From NCBI RefSeq assembly GCF_009914755.1, contig NC_060933.1: 64,000 nt of DNA; one strand, written 5' to 3'. The notes beneath the pieces were generated by a model. It had not been told where the DNA came from. It did no database searches and saw nothing but the letters and a program-made list of their open reading frames with translations. Below are positions 52,565 to 64,000 of this stretch, in pieces. Both the position numbers and the translations under genes were made by a program. Positions within the stretch are counted from its first letter, which is position 1. The number at the start of each line of letters is the position of its first letter. This stretch comes from the human T2T-CHM13v2.0 reference genome, Homo sapiens.

Positions 52565-52649
52565 AGGAACTTTATGGGAAATGGGATCTTGGAGACTGAG
52601 TAGAGACTAGAGGAAAAAAAAAAACTACCTCCCCGACTGGCCACACTAT

Positions 52650-52965
52650 TCTTTTAAAAAAATGTTAATTGACAAATTAAAATTGTATGTATTTACGGAG
52701 GTATGATGTGATGTTATGATATATGTATACATTGTGGAATAATTAAATCCAGAGAATTAATAGATTCATCACCTCAAAACCTATCTTTTTTGTGGTGAGA
52801 ACATTTGAAATTTATTGTCTTAGCAATTTTGAAATACACAATACTTCATTGTTAACTACAGTCACCATGCTGTGCTGTAGATCTCAACAAAATATATTCC
52901 TCCTGTCTCAACTAAAACATTGTACTCTTTGACAACATTTCCCCATTCCTCTCACCCCCTCCAAA
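52650..52965 (-). mobile_element. L1MA-like 3' fragment
   Basis: ttgtggtgagaacatttgaaattt...ttagcaattttgaaatacacaatac...gtcaccatgctgtgc. Confidence 0.8.
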
Positions 52966-54000
52966 AACACCCATTCTTTATGTTGAAGAGAATGGCTAAA
53001 AAGTCCCAGCAGGTTTCAACAGACGGCTTCAGTGGTTGTCCCATCACACTTCAATGTTATTAATAAAAAGGGGAGGGGCAATACATAATTCGGACAGGCT
53101 GAAAGTACCATTGTAACCACTTTCTTGACTTCACAGAAAAAGTCCTCTTGTTTTCATCTGTAAAATGGGAACTGCATGAATACCATTCTTCTTTTCTTCA
53201 GCCTCCAAAGAAAAAACAGATGCAAAGCCTTTAATCAATTGCAAAACAGTATACAATGTGTGTTATTACTCACAGTTGTCTTACTGTGACCAAACACTTT
53301 ATAAGCCTGCGGCAAGTCAGCCTTACTCTCAGTAAGTGGACAATATTTGGGGAAGGAGAAGCAGCAGGATATTTCAGGACAGTAGCCTTGGTGGGTCCAA
53401 AAATTCCTTGAGAGAAATGGGAGATAGAACTTTCTTCCTGCTTTGGGTTTTATCCTGTTAGTCTTTTCTCTCTTCACTCCTATTTTCTATGGAGAATTTC
53501 CTGGTTTTGGAGTTTGGGTGCGTTTTATGGAGAGGAGGCAGAAAATCTTTAGCTCCAGCAGAATGAAAGGATACATGCAAAGGAACCTAGCACAGTATCT
53601 GGTACCCAGGACTCCTTTAACTTGGCTTTATTCATTCACTCCTGGTAGGGCATTAATAAGGGATTTAGCCCCCTCCTATTGAAAACGATTAATTCAAGGA
53701 AGAGTTCAGACAGTGTGGACAGATACAGTGTAGGAAAGCCTATTTCTAAGGCAGGAGCTGGGTAGGGAGGGTGAGAAGGGCGAGAAGAATAGGGAAATAT
53801 GTGTCGTCTGTGTTGCTGCTGTTGCAACCACCACAACAAACAAACAAGTGAAAAAAAAAAAAAAAAAAAAAAGAATTGTCCATACCGGAAAGTGTGCTGT
53901 TTTGGAGGAGGCTGGGGAAAGTGTGGATGGCTCGAGTGGGTCCTGTTGGATTGAAGTCTGACAGTGGTGATTCCCTTCAACAAATGGTCGGGGTGGGAGG

Positions 54001-54002
<2 letters not shown>

Positions 54003-54042
<40 letters not shown>
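54003..54042. repeat. (AC)20 microsatellite
   Basis: Direct count. Confidence 0.97.
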
Positions 54043-54044
<2 letters not shown>

Positions 54045-54049
54045 CACAC

Positions 54050-55290
54050 GCAGCGCCCAGCCTCCGATTTCAGCGCTGGCAGGAGATAACCATTCTTAGC
54101 TCGCCTTTCCAGGGTTATTTTTGGCTGAGGCTGTTCGCTGATGGCAAAAGGTTTCAGCCCCCTCCCAAATCCCTCCCCGTCCTTGTTCTAAAGAGAAACT
54201 GGTGTGTGTAGGCTGCGCACTCCCAGGGAGACAGGGAGACGGGCCGGGCGCCGGAGAGGAACCCGGACTCTGCCCAAAGTCTCGCCGCCCGCCGGCTGTT
54301 TTCTGGCGGAGGGTGTGCCCCGGAGGGCGGCGATCGCGGGTGAAGGCTGGGGCCAGGCGCGGGTGGAGGCGTCACCGGGGTCGGGCTAGCAGGCCCTGGA
54401 ATCAGGCTTTTGGGACACCCCGAAAGTGAGTCCAACTTGGGGAGAAACTGAGGGCAGCTCGGGCGGTCTGGCAGCGGAGAAGGTGGGCGGGAGAAAACTT
54501 TACAGGAAGGCAGAAGCAATCTCTGCCGAGAGAGTCAGCCGAGCGGCCGCGCGGAGAGGAGGGGCGGGCGGTCCCCAGGCGGGCGGGTGCAGGGCGCAGG
54601 GCGCCGACCTGCTGGAGAGGGGGCCCGGGCGCGAGGCGGAGTCCCGGCGCGCAGCCAGGCTGGTGGAGGCCCCCGGCAGGCTGCAGATTCCCTCCGGCTC
54701 CAGGAGCCGCAGCAGGACCGGCCAGGAGGCGCCATGGAGGGGAGCCCCATCCCGGTGCTGACAGTGCCCACCGCGCCCTACGAGGACCAGCGGCCGGCCG
54801 GCGGCGGGGGTCTGCGGCGACCCACCGGCCTCTTCGAGGGCCAGCGCAACTACCTGCCCAACTTTATCCAGAGCGTGCTGTCGTCCATCGACCTGCGCGA
54901 CCGTCAGGGCTGCACCATGGTGGTGGGCAGCGACGGCAGGTACTTTAGCAGGACGGCCATCGAGATCGTGGTGCAGATGGCCGCGGCCAACGGGGTGAGT
55001 GTCCGGATGCCCCTCGCTTCCCGCCGCGCCGCCGCCATGCCCTCTCCTAGCCCTTGTCCCCCTGCTGCCTCCGGGCCCAGTTGGGAGGCCCCTGCCCGGC
55101 CCCGGCTTTGCTACCTCACTCCCGCGTCCTCACCCTCCAGCGCCCCACTCCCGCCGCGCTCGCAGCCTCCCCGGCGCACCCCGGACACTGGGTTCTATTA
55201 GTACCCACCGCCCCCAAAAGCCTTGAGGGGTTTCCGTCGTTCCTGGAGCCACTCCGGGCGCCCTGGACTCTTCTCCGACTCTGCGCACAT
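54050..55290. promoter_or_regulatory. PGM5 CpG-island promoter with GC boxes
   Basis: Dense CpG, GGGCGG boxes at ~54562 and 54581, no TATA box. Confidence 0.88.
54734..54994 (+). CDS. PGM5: Phosphoglucomutase-like protein 5 (aciculin), first coding exon, 87 codons
   Basis: GCCATGG Kozak; MEGSPIPVLTVPTAPYEDQRP...GSDGRYFS...QMAAANG is the PGM-family N-terminus. Phase-0 donor GGG|GTGAGT at 54995. A PGM5P paralog is not excluded because exon 2 lies outside the window. Confidence 0.88.
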
Positions 55291-55517
55291 CCCGCACCTG
55301 CTCATTTTTCTTTCGGACATTCTCTTACCCGGCCCTGTAGATTCCAAGGCAGCTCCCAGTTTTCCATATTGTTCCCAACGCATTCACTGCCCACAGTCCC
55401 CACACAAACTTCTTTCGCAGGCTCACAACATAGTCCCTCTGCCCCGTGCCCTTTTTGCAATAATCTGCCAGTCCCCTAAGTCTTAGCTCTGCCTATTTAA
55501 CAGTAGTGGTGTCTCAG

Positions 55518-55518
<1 letters not shown>

Positions 55519-55560
<42 letters not shown>
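55519..55560. repeat. (AC)21 microsatellite in PGM5 intron 1
   Basis: Direct count. Confidence 0.97.
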
Positions 55561-55562
<2 letters not shown>

Positions 55563-57430
55563 TCCCTGACATATTTGGCAAGAGTAGGCCCTGAAGGTTT
55601 TTATTATTTTGGTTCTTTAACCCAGTGGAATTACTGAATGATTTATTTAATTAGGGTAGGGATGGAGTGGATCCATTTGTTTGATGCTAAACAGCCTGAG
55701 CTCGCAGTTCCCAGGGGGCATATCTCTAAATGGTCTGAAATGAGATTTGCAGTGGTTTTCTTAATGCAATTCCCAACTTCTCTCCAAATGCCTTTTGGCA
55801 TTTGACAACATTTCATGCCTCTTCCCCTTTCGGTTTTCATCCTTGTTTTCTCTCCCTTCTCCCACGACCTCGGTAGTCTTCTGCAATCCAGATTCTCAGA
55901 CTTCAGGTTTTTCTCCCTCTGCCCCTTTCCTCTCTGTCCTATAACTAGAAGCACCTTTTGGCATAGACCCATATCCCAGTTTCCTCTTTCCCAGGTCCAG
56001 CAGCATCTCAAGGACATCTACAAGAGGGATACCTAATTTCAGGGGTCTCTGAATTATATGTGGGAAACATCGTCTAAAAAAGTAATTTTATCCTTATTCA
56101 TGCAACCAGACCCACACTCATAGAACTTTTCTTTAAGGAAAGTGTCTTGCAGATGTATAAATGAGTGTTAACATCTTTAAAAGCGAAACTGAACAATTCC
56201 CTGGCATTTGAATTCCCTCCTTCCTTCCCAACCCTCTCCTTTTCATTTTCTCATTTATTATTAAAAACATTTTTAAAGGATCTCCATGCTTCATATTTAT
56301 CTACTATAATTCCTCCTTCTCGGTGTTGCAGGGATGGGGAAAGAGGATTTTTTTAAAAACATAATAAAACGCAATTGGGAGAAACAGGGCCAGTGGTGTT
56401 GGGGTGGGTAGTGGAATTGTGATTTTTGACTCCAGTAGACAATGATGCTGGATATATGGGGTTTGATTTATCTCTGGCTCCTCACTTGGGATTGATGAAG
56501 TTTGGCTAGAATCAGGGAGTTGAAGAGAGGTTGACAAATGGTCTTTCACTCTTCTCTGACAGGCTGTTCCTGTGGAGTGATGGAGAATAACGAGCCTTGG
56601 GAGAGCTATGGGAGCTCTCATACTTCTTCCCGAGCCAATTTTTTAGGGAGTGAGAGAAACATGGCCTGTCCAATACTTGTTGTGGGTCAGGATATTTTTG
56701 AAGCTACGGTTGTTGATTTGCATGGGAAAATTATTATGTCTTATTATTTCTTGTCCCACTTTACCATAAGGACTCCTCAGCTTCTTACTTCAATGGGTCT
56801 TCTATGACAAACACACTTTATTAACTCTAAGAGTGGAATTTATTTTAACAGATAATTAGCATAGGTCAATATATGCTTAAAATAGGGTCAAATTAAACCT
56901 ACTACCTGTTATAAAGGACAGATGACAAATTAAAATCCACATAGAAGCATCGACTCTTAAATAATCTGAAAGTACTACTTCTAAGAGGGGTGGGCATGGG
57001 TGAAGGGAATGGTGGACATGTTTCAGAATTTCAAACAGCCAACTTTAACCAATCTTTTCCTCATTTTGTTCACCTTCTTGGGGGCTTATGCTAAAGTGAA
57101 GTGAATAGCCATAAGGCTGGCTTCAGGAGAAAGGTGGTCTAAAAGAACTGGATAATTATAAGCAAAATTGGTCTTGAATGATTGAAAATTGATGAGAATG
57201 TGCTTGTCTCCTGATTTGGCATCCTGAATTAGACTCAGGAATACTGAACTTGGATCCCAAAGGCTTTGGTCTTTTTTGATATCCTATTGGATACTCATAA
57301 GCAGGCTAGAAAAATAGAAAACTAGAATTTATTCTCTTTGAACTGACAAATCTAACCAGTGGGCTGCATTCTCTATATCTGAAAAATCTTGGTTTTGATT
57401 GAAAAAGTTAATTTTACAAAGCAATTTTCT

Positions 57431-57728
57431 TTTTTTAAATTAAATTTCATTTTTTTTGAGACTGGGTCTCACTTTGTTGCCCAGGCTGGAGTGCAATGGC
57501 ACAGTCTTGGCTCACTGTAGCCTTGACCTCCCCAGATTCAGGTGATCTTCCCACCTCAGCCTCCTGAGTAGCTGGGGCTATAGGTGCATGCCACTATGCA
57601 CAGCTGATTTTTGTGTTTTTACTACTCATAGGGTTTCTCTGTGTTGCCCAGTCTAGTCTCAAACTCCTGATCTCAAGAGATCTGCCTGCCTTGGCCTCCT
57701 AAAGTGTCATGAACCACCATGCCCAGCC
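57431..57728 (-). mobile_element. AluJ
   Basis: TSD TACAAAGCAAT(T/G)TTCT on both sides. Confidence 0.9.
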
Positions 57729-58520
57729 TACAAAGCAATGTTCTAGGAAAAACTACAGTTACTCTTTGATTATGTAATTGCTGGAGAAGAAAAACATGGC
57801 ATTTCTAAAATGATGAACTATATTACTTATATTTTAATATCTCATAAAGTTTGAAATAGACATTTCAAACATAAACATGTATAAAAAATTTTATAAATTA
57901 AAAATATAATATCAAAAACATAAAATTATTTTATTATAAAATTATTATAGAATCAAAAACATTATAAATTTAAACAACTTTTTTAAAAATTTATTTTGGG
58001 ATTTCCCATGGAGTGATGGAGAATAATGAGCCTTGGGAGAGCTATGGCAGCTCTCATACTCCTTCCTGGGCCAACTTTTTTAGGAAATGGGAGAAATATA
58101 CCCTGTTCAATGTTTATTGTGGGTCAGGATATTTTTGAAGCTATAGTTGTTGATTTGCTTCAAACTTTAAAAAATTTATTATAAAATTATGGGATGTAAA
58201 AAAATTTATTATAAAACTTTGAAATTTTCAAACTTTCAGAAAAGCAGAGAGATGAGATTAATGGCACTCATAGGCAAACATAGAACATAGATTGTAAACA
58301 TTTTCCTATATTTGTGTCATGATTATTTTTTGCTTGTGTTTGAAAGTATATTAAAGAAAATGATATTTTACCCCTAAATCTTTAGTACAGATTTCTAAAA
58401 AATAAGAACATTTTCCTGTATAGTTACGAAATCATCTTTTCAAACAAAATAAAAAATGGTTTTTTTATATCATTTATTACCCAGTCCACATTCAGATTTC
58501 CTCAATTATTATGAAATGTC

Positions 58521-58772
58521 CTTTTATTTTTTGAGACAAAGTCTTGCTCTTTCACACAGCCTGAAGTGCAGTGAAACAATCATAGCTCATTGCAGCCTCA
58601 AATTCCTGGGCTCAAGTGATCTTCCTGCCTCAGCTTCCTGAGTAGCTAGGACTATAGGTGCACACCACCATGCCCAGCTAATTTATTGTTTTTGTAGAGG
58701 TGGAGGTCTTACTACGTTGCCCAGGCTGGTCTCAAACACCTGGCCTCAAGTGATCCTTCCAGCTTGGTCTCC
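58521..58772 (-). mobile_element. AluJ within an old L1MC-like fragment
   Basis: Reverse Alu body. Confidence 0.85.
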
Positions 58773-59049
58773 CTGAAATATCTTTTGTGGCTGGTTTGTT
58801 CAAATTAGTTTCTTCTAATCAAGGGACACACATTGCATTTGATTATTTAGCTCAAGACTTTTTTTAACCTGGAAAATACCCTCACTCTTTGTTTATGTAT
58901 TTATTTAATGAAATTGATTGTTGAAAAACTAGTCAGTTGTCCTGCAGAATATTTCCCCTTCTGGAATTTTCTGGTTGCTTTTTATGGTGTCATTTAACTT
59001 TTCACTCTGTTTTTTCCTGGTTAACTGGAAGTTAGTTCTAAAGGCTTTT

Positions 59050-59400
59050 AGGCCTGCTATAACAAAATACCAAAAACTGGATGACTTATAAAGAACAGAA
59101 ATTTATTTCTCACAGTTCTAGAGACTAGCAAGTTTAAGATCAAGGAGCATGCGGTTTTGATATCTGGTTAGGACCAACTTTCTGGTTCATAGATTGGCCT
59201 TCTTGCTGGGCCCTCACATAGTGGGAGAGACTAGCTAGCTCTCTGGGGCCTCTTTTATAAGGGCACTAATTCCAATCATGAGGGCTCTGTCCTTATGATC
59301 TAATGACCGCCTAAAGGCCCCACCTTTTAATACCAGCACCTTTGGGGTTAGGATGTCAACATATTAATTTTGGGAAGACATACACGTTCAGCCCATTGCA
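59050..59400 (-). mobile_element. MLT1A-like MaLR LTR
   Basis: ctgctataacaaaatacc...cagaaatttatttctcacagttct...tataagggcactaat...ttcagcccattgca. Confidence 0.85.
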
Positions 59401-60456
59401 AGGTTTAGTTAGATTCAGGTTCAACTTCTTTTTTTAAAGACTATTTCATAGGCAATAATGTGTATTCACATCCCATCATTAGTGATTGTGAGATGATCGC
59501 AAGGTTAGGGCGATCACTGCCTATCTCCTCTGTTATATTCCCCCTTGGGTCAAGCCAGTAGTCTGTGACGTGAACTTTGTACCATGTGTATATTCAGTTA
59601 TATTCTGTATCAATATTTACTTGATTGTTTTAGCATTTATTAATGATCCTTGCTTGAGTTGATTATTTCATTAGGGGTTTCAAAATGGTGAATTTCTAAT
59701 TCTCTAATTCTATCTACATGTTTTAGCTGGCATTTTTCTATAAGCAGACCATTTTCTTCACAACTGGGTTATTTGGCTACCCTGAAACATAGTTCCTTCC
59801 GGGAAGGCAGAACATATGTTTATTTCTGTCTTTTAAAAATTACTGGTGTTTGGAGTGAAGATTTGGTGAGTTAACTACCTCCACAGGTGACAAATGAATT
59901 TTGTTTTGTCTCACTTTTGCTTTTTTGAATATCACTGTGGATGCTTGGATTTTTATATTTAATTTGAATGGATTAGGGAATAAATGAGAAGATAGGTTTT
60001 ATCTGTTTCTGTAGTTTTTATGTGGCTGTGTGAACTTACATTTAAAAATTCCCAGAAATATTTTAATTCCCCTTTAAAGATATAAACTATGTCATACTAT
60101 AAAGCAAAAGAAAAACCAATCATGTGAAGAGTAAATAGTATCTTTAAACGAATTGTGGTTAAGCTTAGTTTGTAACTAATTAGTTTTTTATTTTCTTTCT
60201 ACTTTTATCTGCTTCAGAGCCTCTTCAGTGGTTTAGATCTTCTATGTGTCAAATTATTCTAATCTCTTAAAAAGTTTAAGAGCTAAAATACAACACAATG
60301 ACTACAGGAATGCCTTTGTCCTTTTCTGGGTGGGTACACCTAAGGCAATTTCTTTTTCTCTTCTTTGTTCTCTGCTTCTTTCTTATTCTTAAATCATCTT
60401 CAATATTGGACAGATGTCAGCACTGTGCCTGCCTCAAGATGTTTCTGACTTTTTCT

Positions 60457-60801
<345 letters not shown>

Positions 60802-60814
60802 TGACATTATATAA

Positions 60815-61022
60815 TAGCACTGTTCAATAGAAGTTTCTTTGATGATGGAACTGTTCTGTAATCTGCATTGTCCCAGCCACTAGCCATATGTGACTACTGA
60901 ACACTTGAAATGTGGCTAGAGCAACTGAAGAACTGAATTTTGCATTTTACTTAATTTTAATTAATTAAAATAGAAATGCAAATAACCATAAGTGGTTAGT
61001 AGCTACCATACTGGACAGCAAA
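60815..61022 (+). mobile_element. MER3-type hAT element
   Basis: gcactgttcaataga...gccactagccatatgtg...cacttgaaatgtggcta...gctaccatactggacagc. Confidence 0.8.
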
Positions 61023-63539
61023 GACCTATAATTCAGCATTTAAAATCGATTTTGTTTTGTTTTCAAAAATGGAGTCAGACTGTTACAACCCAAAAGAACT
61101 GTAGGTTAAATTAAGGTAAATCACCAAATACTACATACACATTTGGGAAATCCAAACCAGATTTTTTCATGTGATAACCACACCCTCTTTTGACTTTAGC
61201 CTTGGAGGTAATGGAGTATGGCAGAAAAAACCCTGTATCAGCAGCTGGAAGACTCACCTTCTTTTCCTAGCTCTGCCATATATTGACCAAAAGAGTCAAA
61301 GTCCATTCAGATGGTTGAGGGGCCTTGGAATTTTGTTTTTGGTTTTCACATACAAGTTGGAGGGCAGATGCGTTAGCCTCTTGAAATACCCAGAAACCAC
61401 TTGTTTCCTCATCTAAAAATCAGGTATGACAGGATCATTTAATTATCCTGGAAATCAGATGAAGCACTGCATATGAAAGCACTTTGTAACATCGATAGCA
61501 CTGGGAAATGTAAAGACCTTTTACTGAAATATAAAGGTGTATGGTCAACTGAATATATCTCAGATAATTATGATTTGACTGTATGTATTGAATATAACCT
61601 GTAGTGGGCCCCTTGGTAAACAACTTACAGTTTTGTTGCAAGTTTTAGCCAAGAGAAAATGTATTTGTTGACTAGTCATGCCCTTTATTGGCCACATGAT
61701 GAGCAGCAATGATATTAACACACAGTGCACCTTGCAGAATTCAAGAATGTCTCAGCGTCTTGTGAACTAGGAAGCTGAAATGCAGTGGTATGCAGAAGGC
61801 TGGCTCAGTAGGAGCCTTGGGAGTGTCCTCCAGACAGATGTTTGTGCAGGTTGTATTTGATTCCAGCTGGCCATGAAAAGCTGGTTGCTCTAAAGAATGA
61901 GAATATACTTGGTTTTGCATTTACTAGAACTATCTGGGGAACAAATTCTTGGGGTGGAAGAAAGAAGGGAGGGAGAGAAAGCTGTGCTTCAATACCTAGG
62001 GCTTCTTTCCTGGAATGGATCTGAGAATCTGGGATTGGGTGGCTAATATCTCATCTCTAGAAGGGAGAAAGAACTGGGTGGTGATGGCTTTGTATTTTCT
62101 ACTGGAGTTCACTACAGAATAGGTGAATGGAATGGGCTGCTATGATCCAGACATTAGGGAGGACAGGTTTGTGATACATTAGAAGACTTGAATGAGCCCT
62201 TCTATGATTCTCTCTTCCCTCTTTCTGCTTCCCTTTCTGAATCCCCATCCCCAGGTTGTGGAATTAGCAAATCTATTTTGTGAGCAATAGCAAACTTACA
62301 GGAGCCCTTGGCTCCATCTATCTCCCTGTTTGTGTCAGTTCATTCTGGATGCTTTTAGTCTGTGGTCTTCATTCACTCTTTTTATGGGGAAGTAAAAGGA
62401 GTGGGACAGATTATGAGAACAGCTGGGTCCTCCCAGTTGCTGGGGTGGTTATTTTAAGCTTTGTTTAATGTGTCCAGAGACCCAGATGGCATTTTAACTA
62501 AGCTGCTTTATTAAATCTTGTGATAAAGCATAGTGATGTTTATTGAAAAGGCAGACACACATCAGCAACATTATGCGTGAAACTTGCCCTAAGAATTTTC
62601 TATAAAACATCTGTTCTCTTTGAGCCTTTTGTGAACTCTGGAAGTTTGCTAGTTTCTATACAGACTTGAGGACAAGAAGTTGGAACCCACTTTTGGAGAT
62701 GTCCAAGCATAGGTATTGGAATCATTAATCCTAACCCTCTCAGTTTTAAGGCCCCGGATACCCTTCTGTTAGACAACAGTAACATGAGCAAGCACTGTAA
62801 TAACATTTAAACAAGATTATTTGGAAATAATGGACAAGAAAAATTAGTATAAATTGTTTGGGGATTTTAAAATTAAAGATAAAAAGCTAGGGCTTCAATG
62901 ACCTGTGCCAGCCTATAGCCTTAAGAGTCAATTTGCAAACACTCAAGATTTGGCCAATATGCCTCTACTACTTCTACTTAACACAGTCAAAGGGAAATTT
63001 TTAGATTCTTTCATCTGATTTGACTCTCTTAGTTATGAATAAGAGGATATCTAGAATATATATGTGACTTGTTAAAATGAAAATCCACCTTCTCTGAGTC
63101 TTCAAATATCTTACATATCTTACATTTTTAGTAACATCAACTTTTGAAGTCATGTCCGTAGTTGTATGAAAAGAAAAATTTCAGGAACATTCAACCTCAA
63201 AAGTTCTTTTTCTTAGTCTGAAGTCGTAGAAGCATTTGACTTTTACTTTCTCTTTTTAAGTTTGTACTAGTAGGTATTTTGTATAAATATAATATTTAAT
63301 TATTGCCTTTGTATTCTTTTTCTCTAGTAAACATCCTGGTTTTTAGCTATCAATATGTAGTTTTACATTTAGGGATTTCTAATGGAAAGAGAAAGGAATC
63401 TGAAATCAGAGGACAAGAGTTTATTCTACTTGACCAAACACATACGAAATACTGGAAGGAGAGTTTTACAACAAATATTTAATATCTATGACATGTAAAA
63501 AGGTTTTCCAAATCAAGAAAATTCAAACAATTCAATACA

Positions 63540-64000
63540 AATATCATCAATAATAACACATGAACAGGTGGCCAACCTTATTAATAACCAGAGAAATATA
63601 AATTAAAACAATCCATCAACTTGTAAAAAAGATGAAATTACCCAGAGTTGGTGTAGGTGATGGAAAATTGTCATGTTTGTATACTGTTCATAGAAGTTAA
63701 ATTGACATAACTTTTTGGTCAGGCAATTTGGAAGTATATATCTAAATTAATAGAGTAGTTTTCTAATAACCTGGGAATCTCTTAATCTAAGAATCTTTAC
63801 TGTAGATTTTTCTAGAACAAATGTACAAACATCTATGTACAAGGGTACTCACTGCAGCATTTTGCTAAGGAAAAACTCAGAAAAAATCTATATGTTCAAC
63901 AGAGAACAGGTACATAATTTATGACACAACTGCACAATATACACCACTAAAATAAAGGATATAAATTTATATGTAGTATGAAAAAGATGTGAATGATAGC
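63540..64000 (+). mobile_element. Old L1ME-like 3' fragment
   Basis: Degenerate L1 ORF2 end and 3'UTR (ggcaatttggaagtat...atgtacaagggtactcactgcagcatt). Confidence 0.55.

Larger units (their letters stand above)
52800..55450 (-). ncRNA. PGM5-AS1: Probable span of the antisense lncRNA PGM5-AS1 (or paralog); boundaries approximate
   Basis: Mainly locus knowledge. Supporting sequence: shared CpG island, minus-strand polypyrimidine/AG acceptor-like sites at ~53747 and ~53158, and a minus-strand AATAAA at 52811-52816. Confidence 0.3.

Noticed and set aside
54587-55201. 204-aa ORF extending PGM5 on both sides
   Set aside because: It uses a GTG start in stop-poor GC sequence and reads through the strong donor at 54995. 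Only 54734-54994 resembles PGM.

Overview
Human/great-ape genomic DNA, not prokaryotic. It is one copy of the FOXD4L–PGM5 segmental-duplication block. The 417-codon frameshifted-type FOXD4L and an intact PGM5 exon 1 about 54 kb downstream best fit the FOXD4L3–PGM5 locus on chr9q, but the paralog cannot be proven from this window. The single-exon FOXD4L gene (639-1892) has a premature TAG at codon 108, at the start of the forkhead box. Its ancestral eh1-containing C-terminus survives out of frame up to 2023. From about 9.8 to 24.9 kb is a compound satellite block. It contains ~75-bp palindromic SATR-type monomers that flip orientation across two AT-rich spacers, a 4365-bp-offset higher-order duplication, and a GC-rich ~79-bp derivative whose hairpins show compensatory changes. 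It also contains a captured LTR-less gammaretroviral pol fragment and a solo LTR5A whose tip was re-duplicated. The rest is repeat-rich intergenic and intronic DNA (Alu, L1, L2, MIR, MLT, MER) with several small templated duplications and inversions. The PGM5 CpG-island promoter and first coding exon (54734-54994) follow, then the start of intron 1. Repeat subfamily names are from recall of consensus sequences, not from a search.
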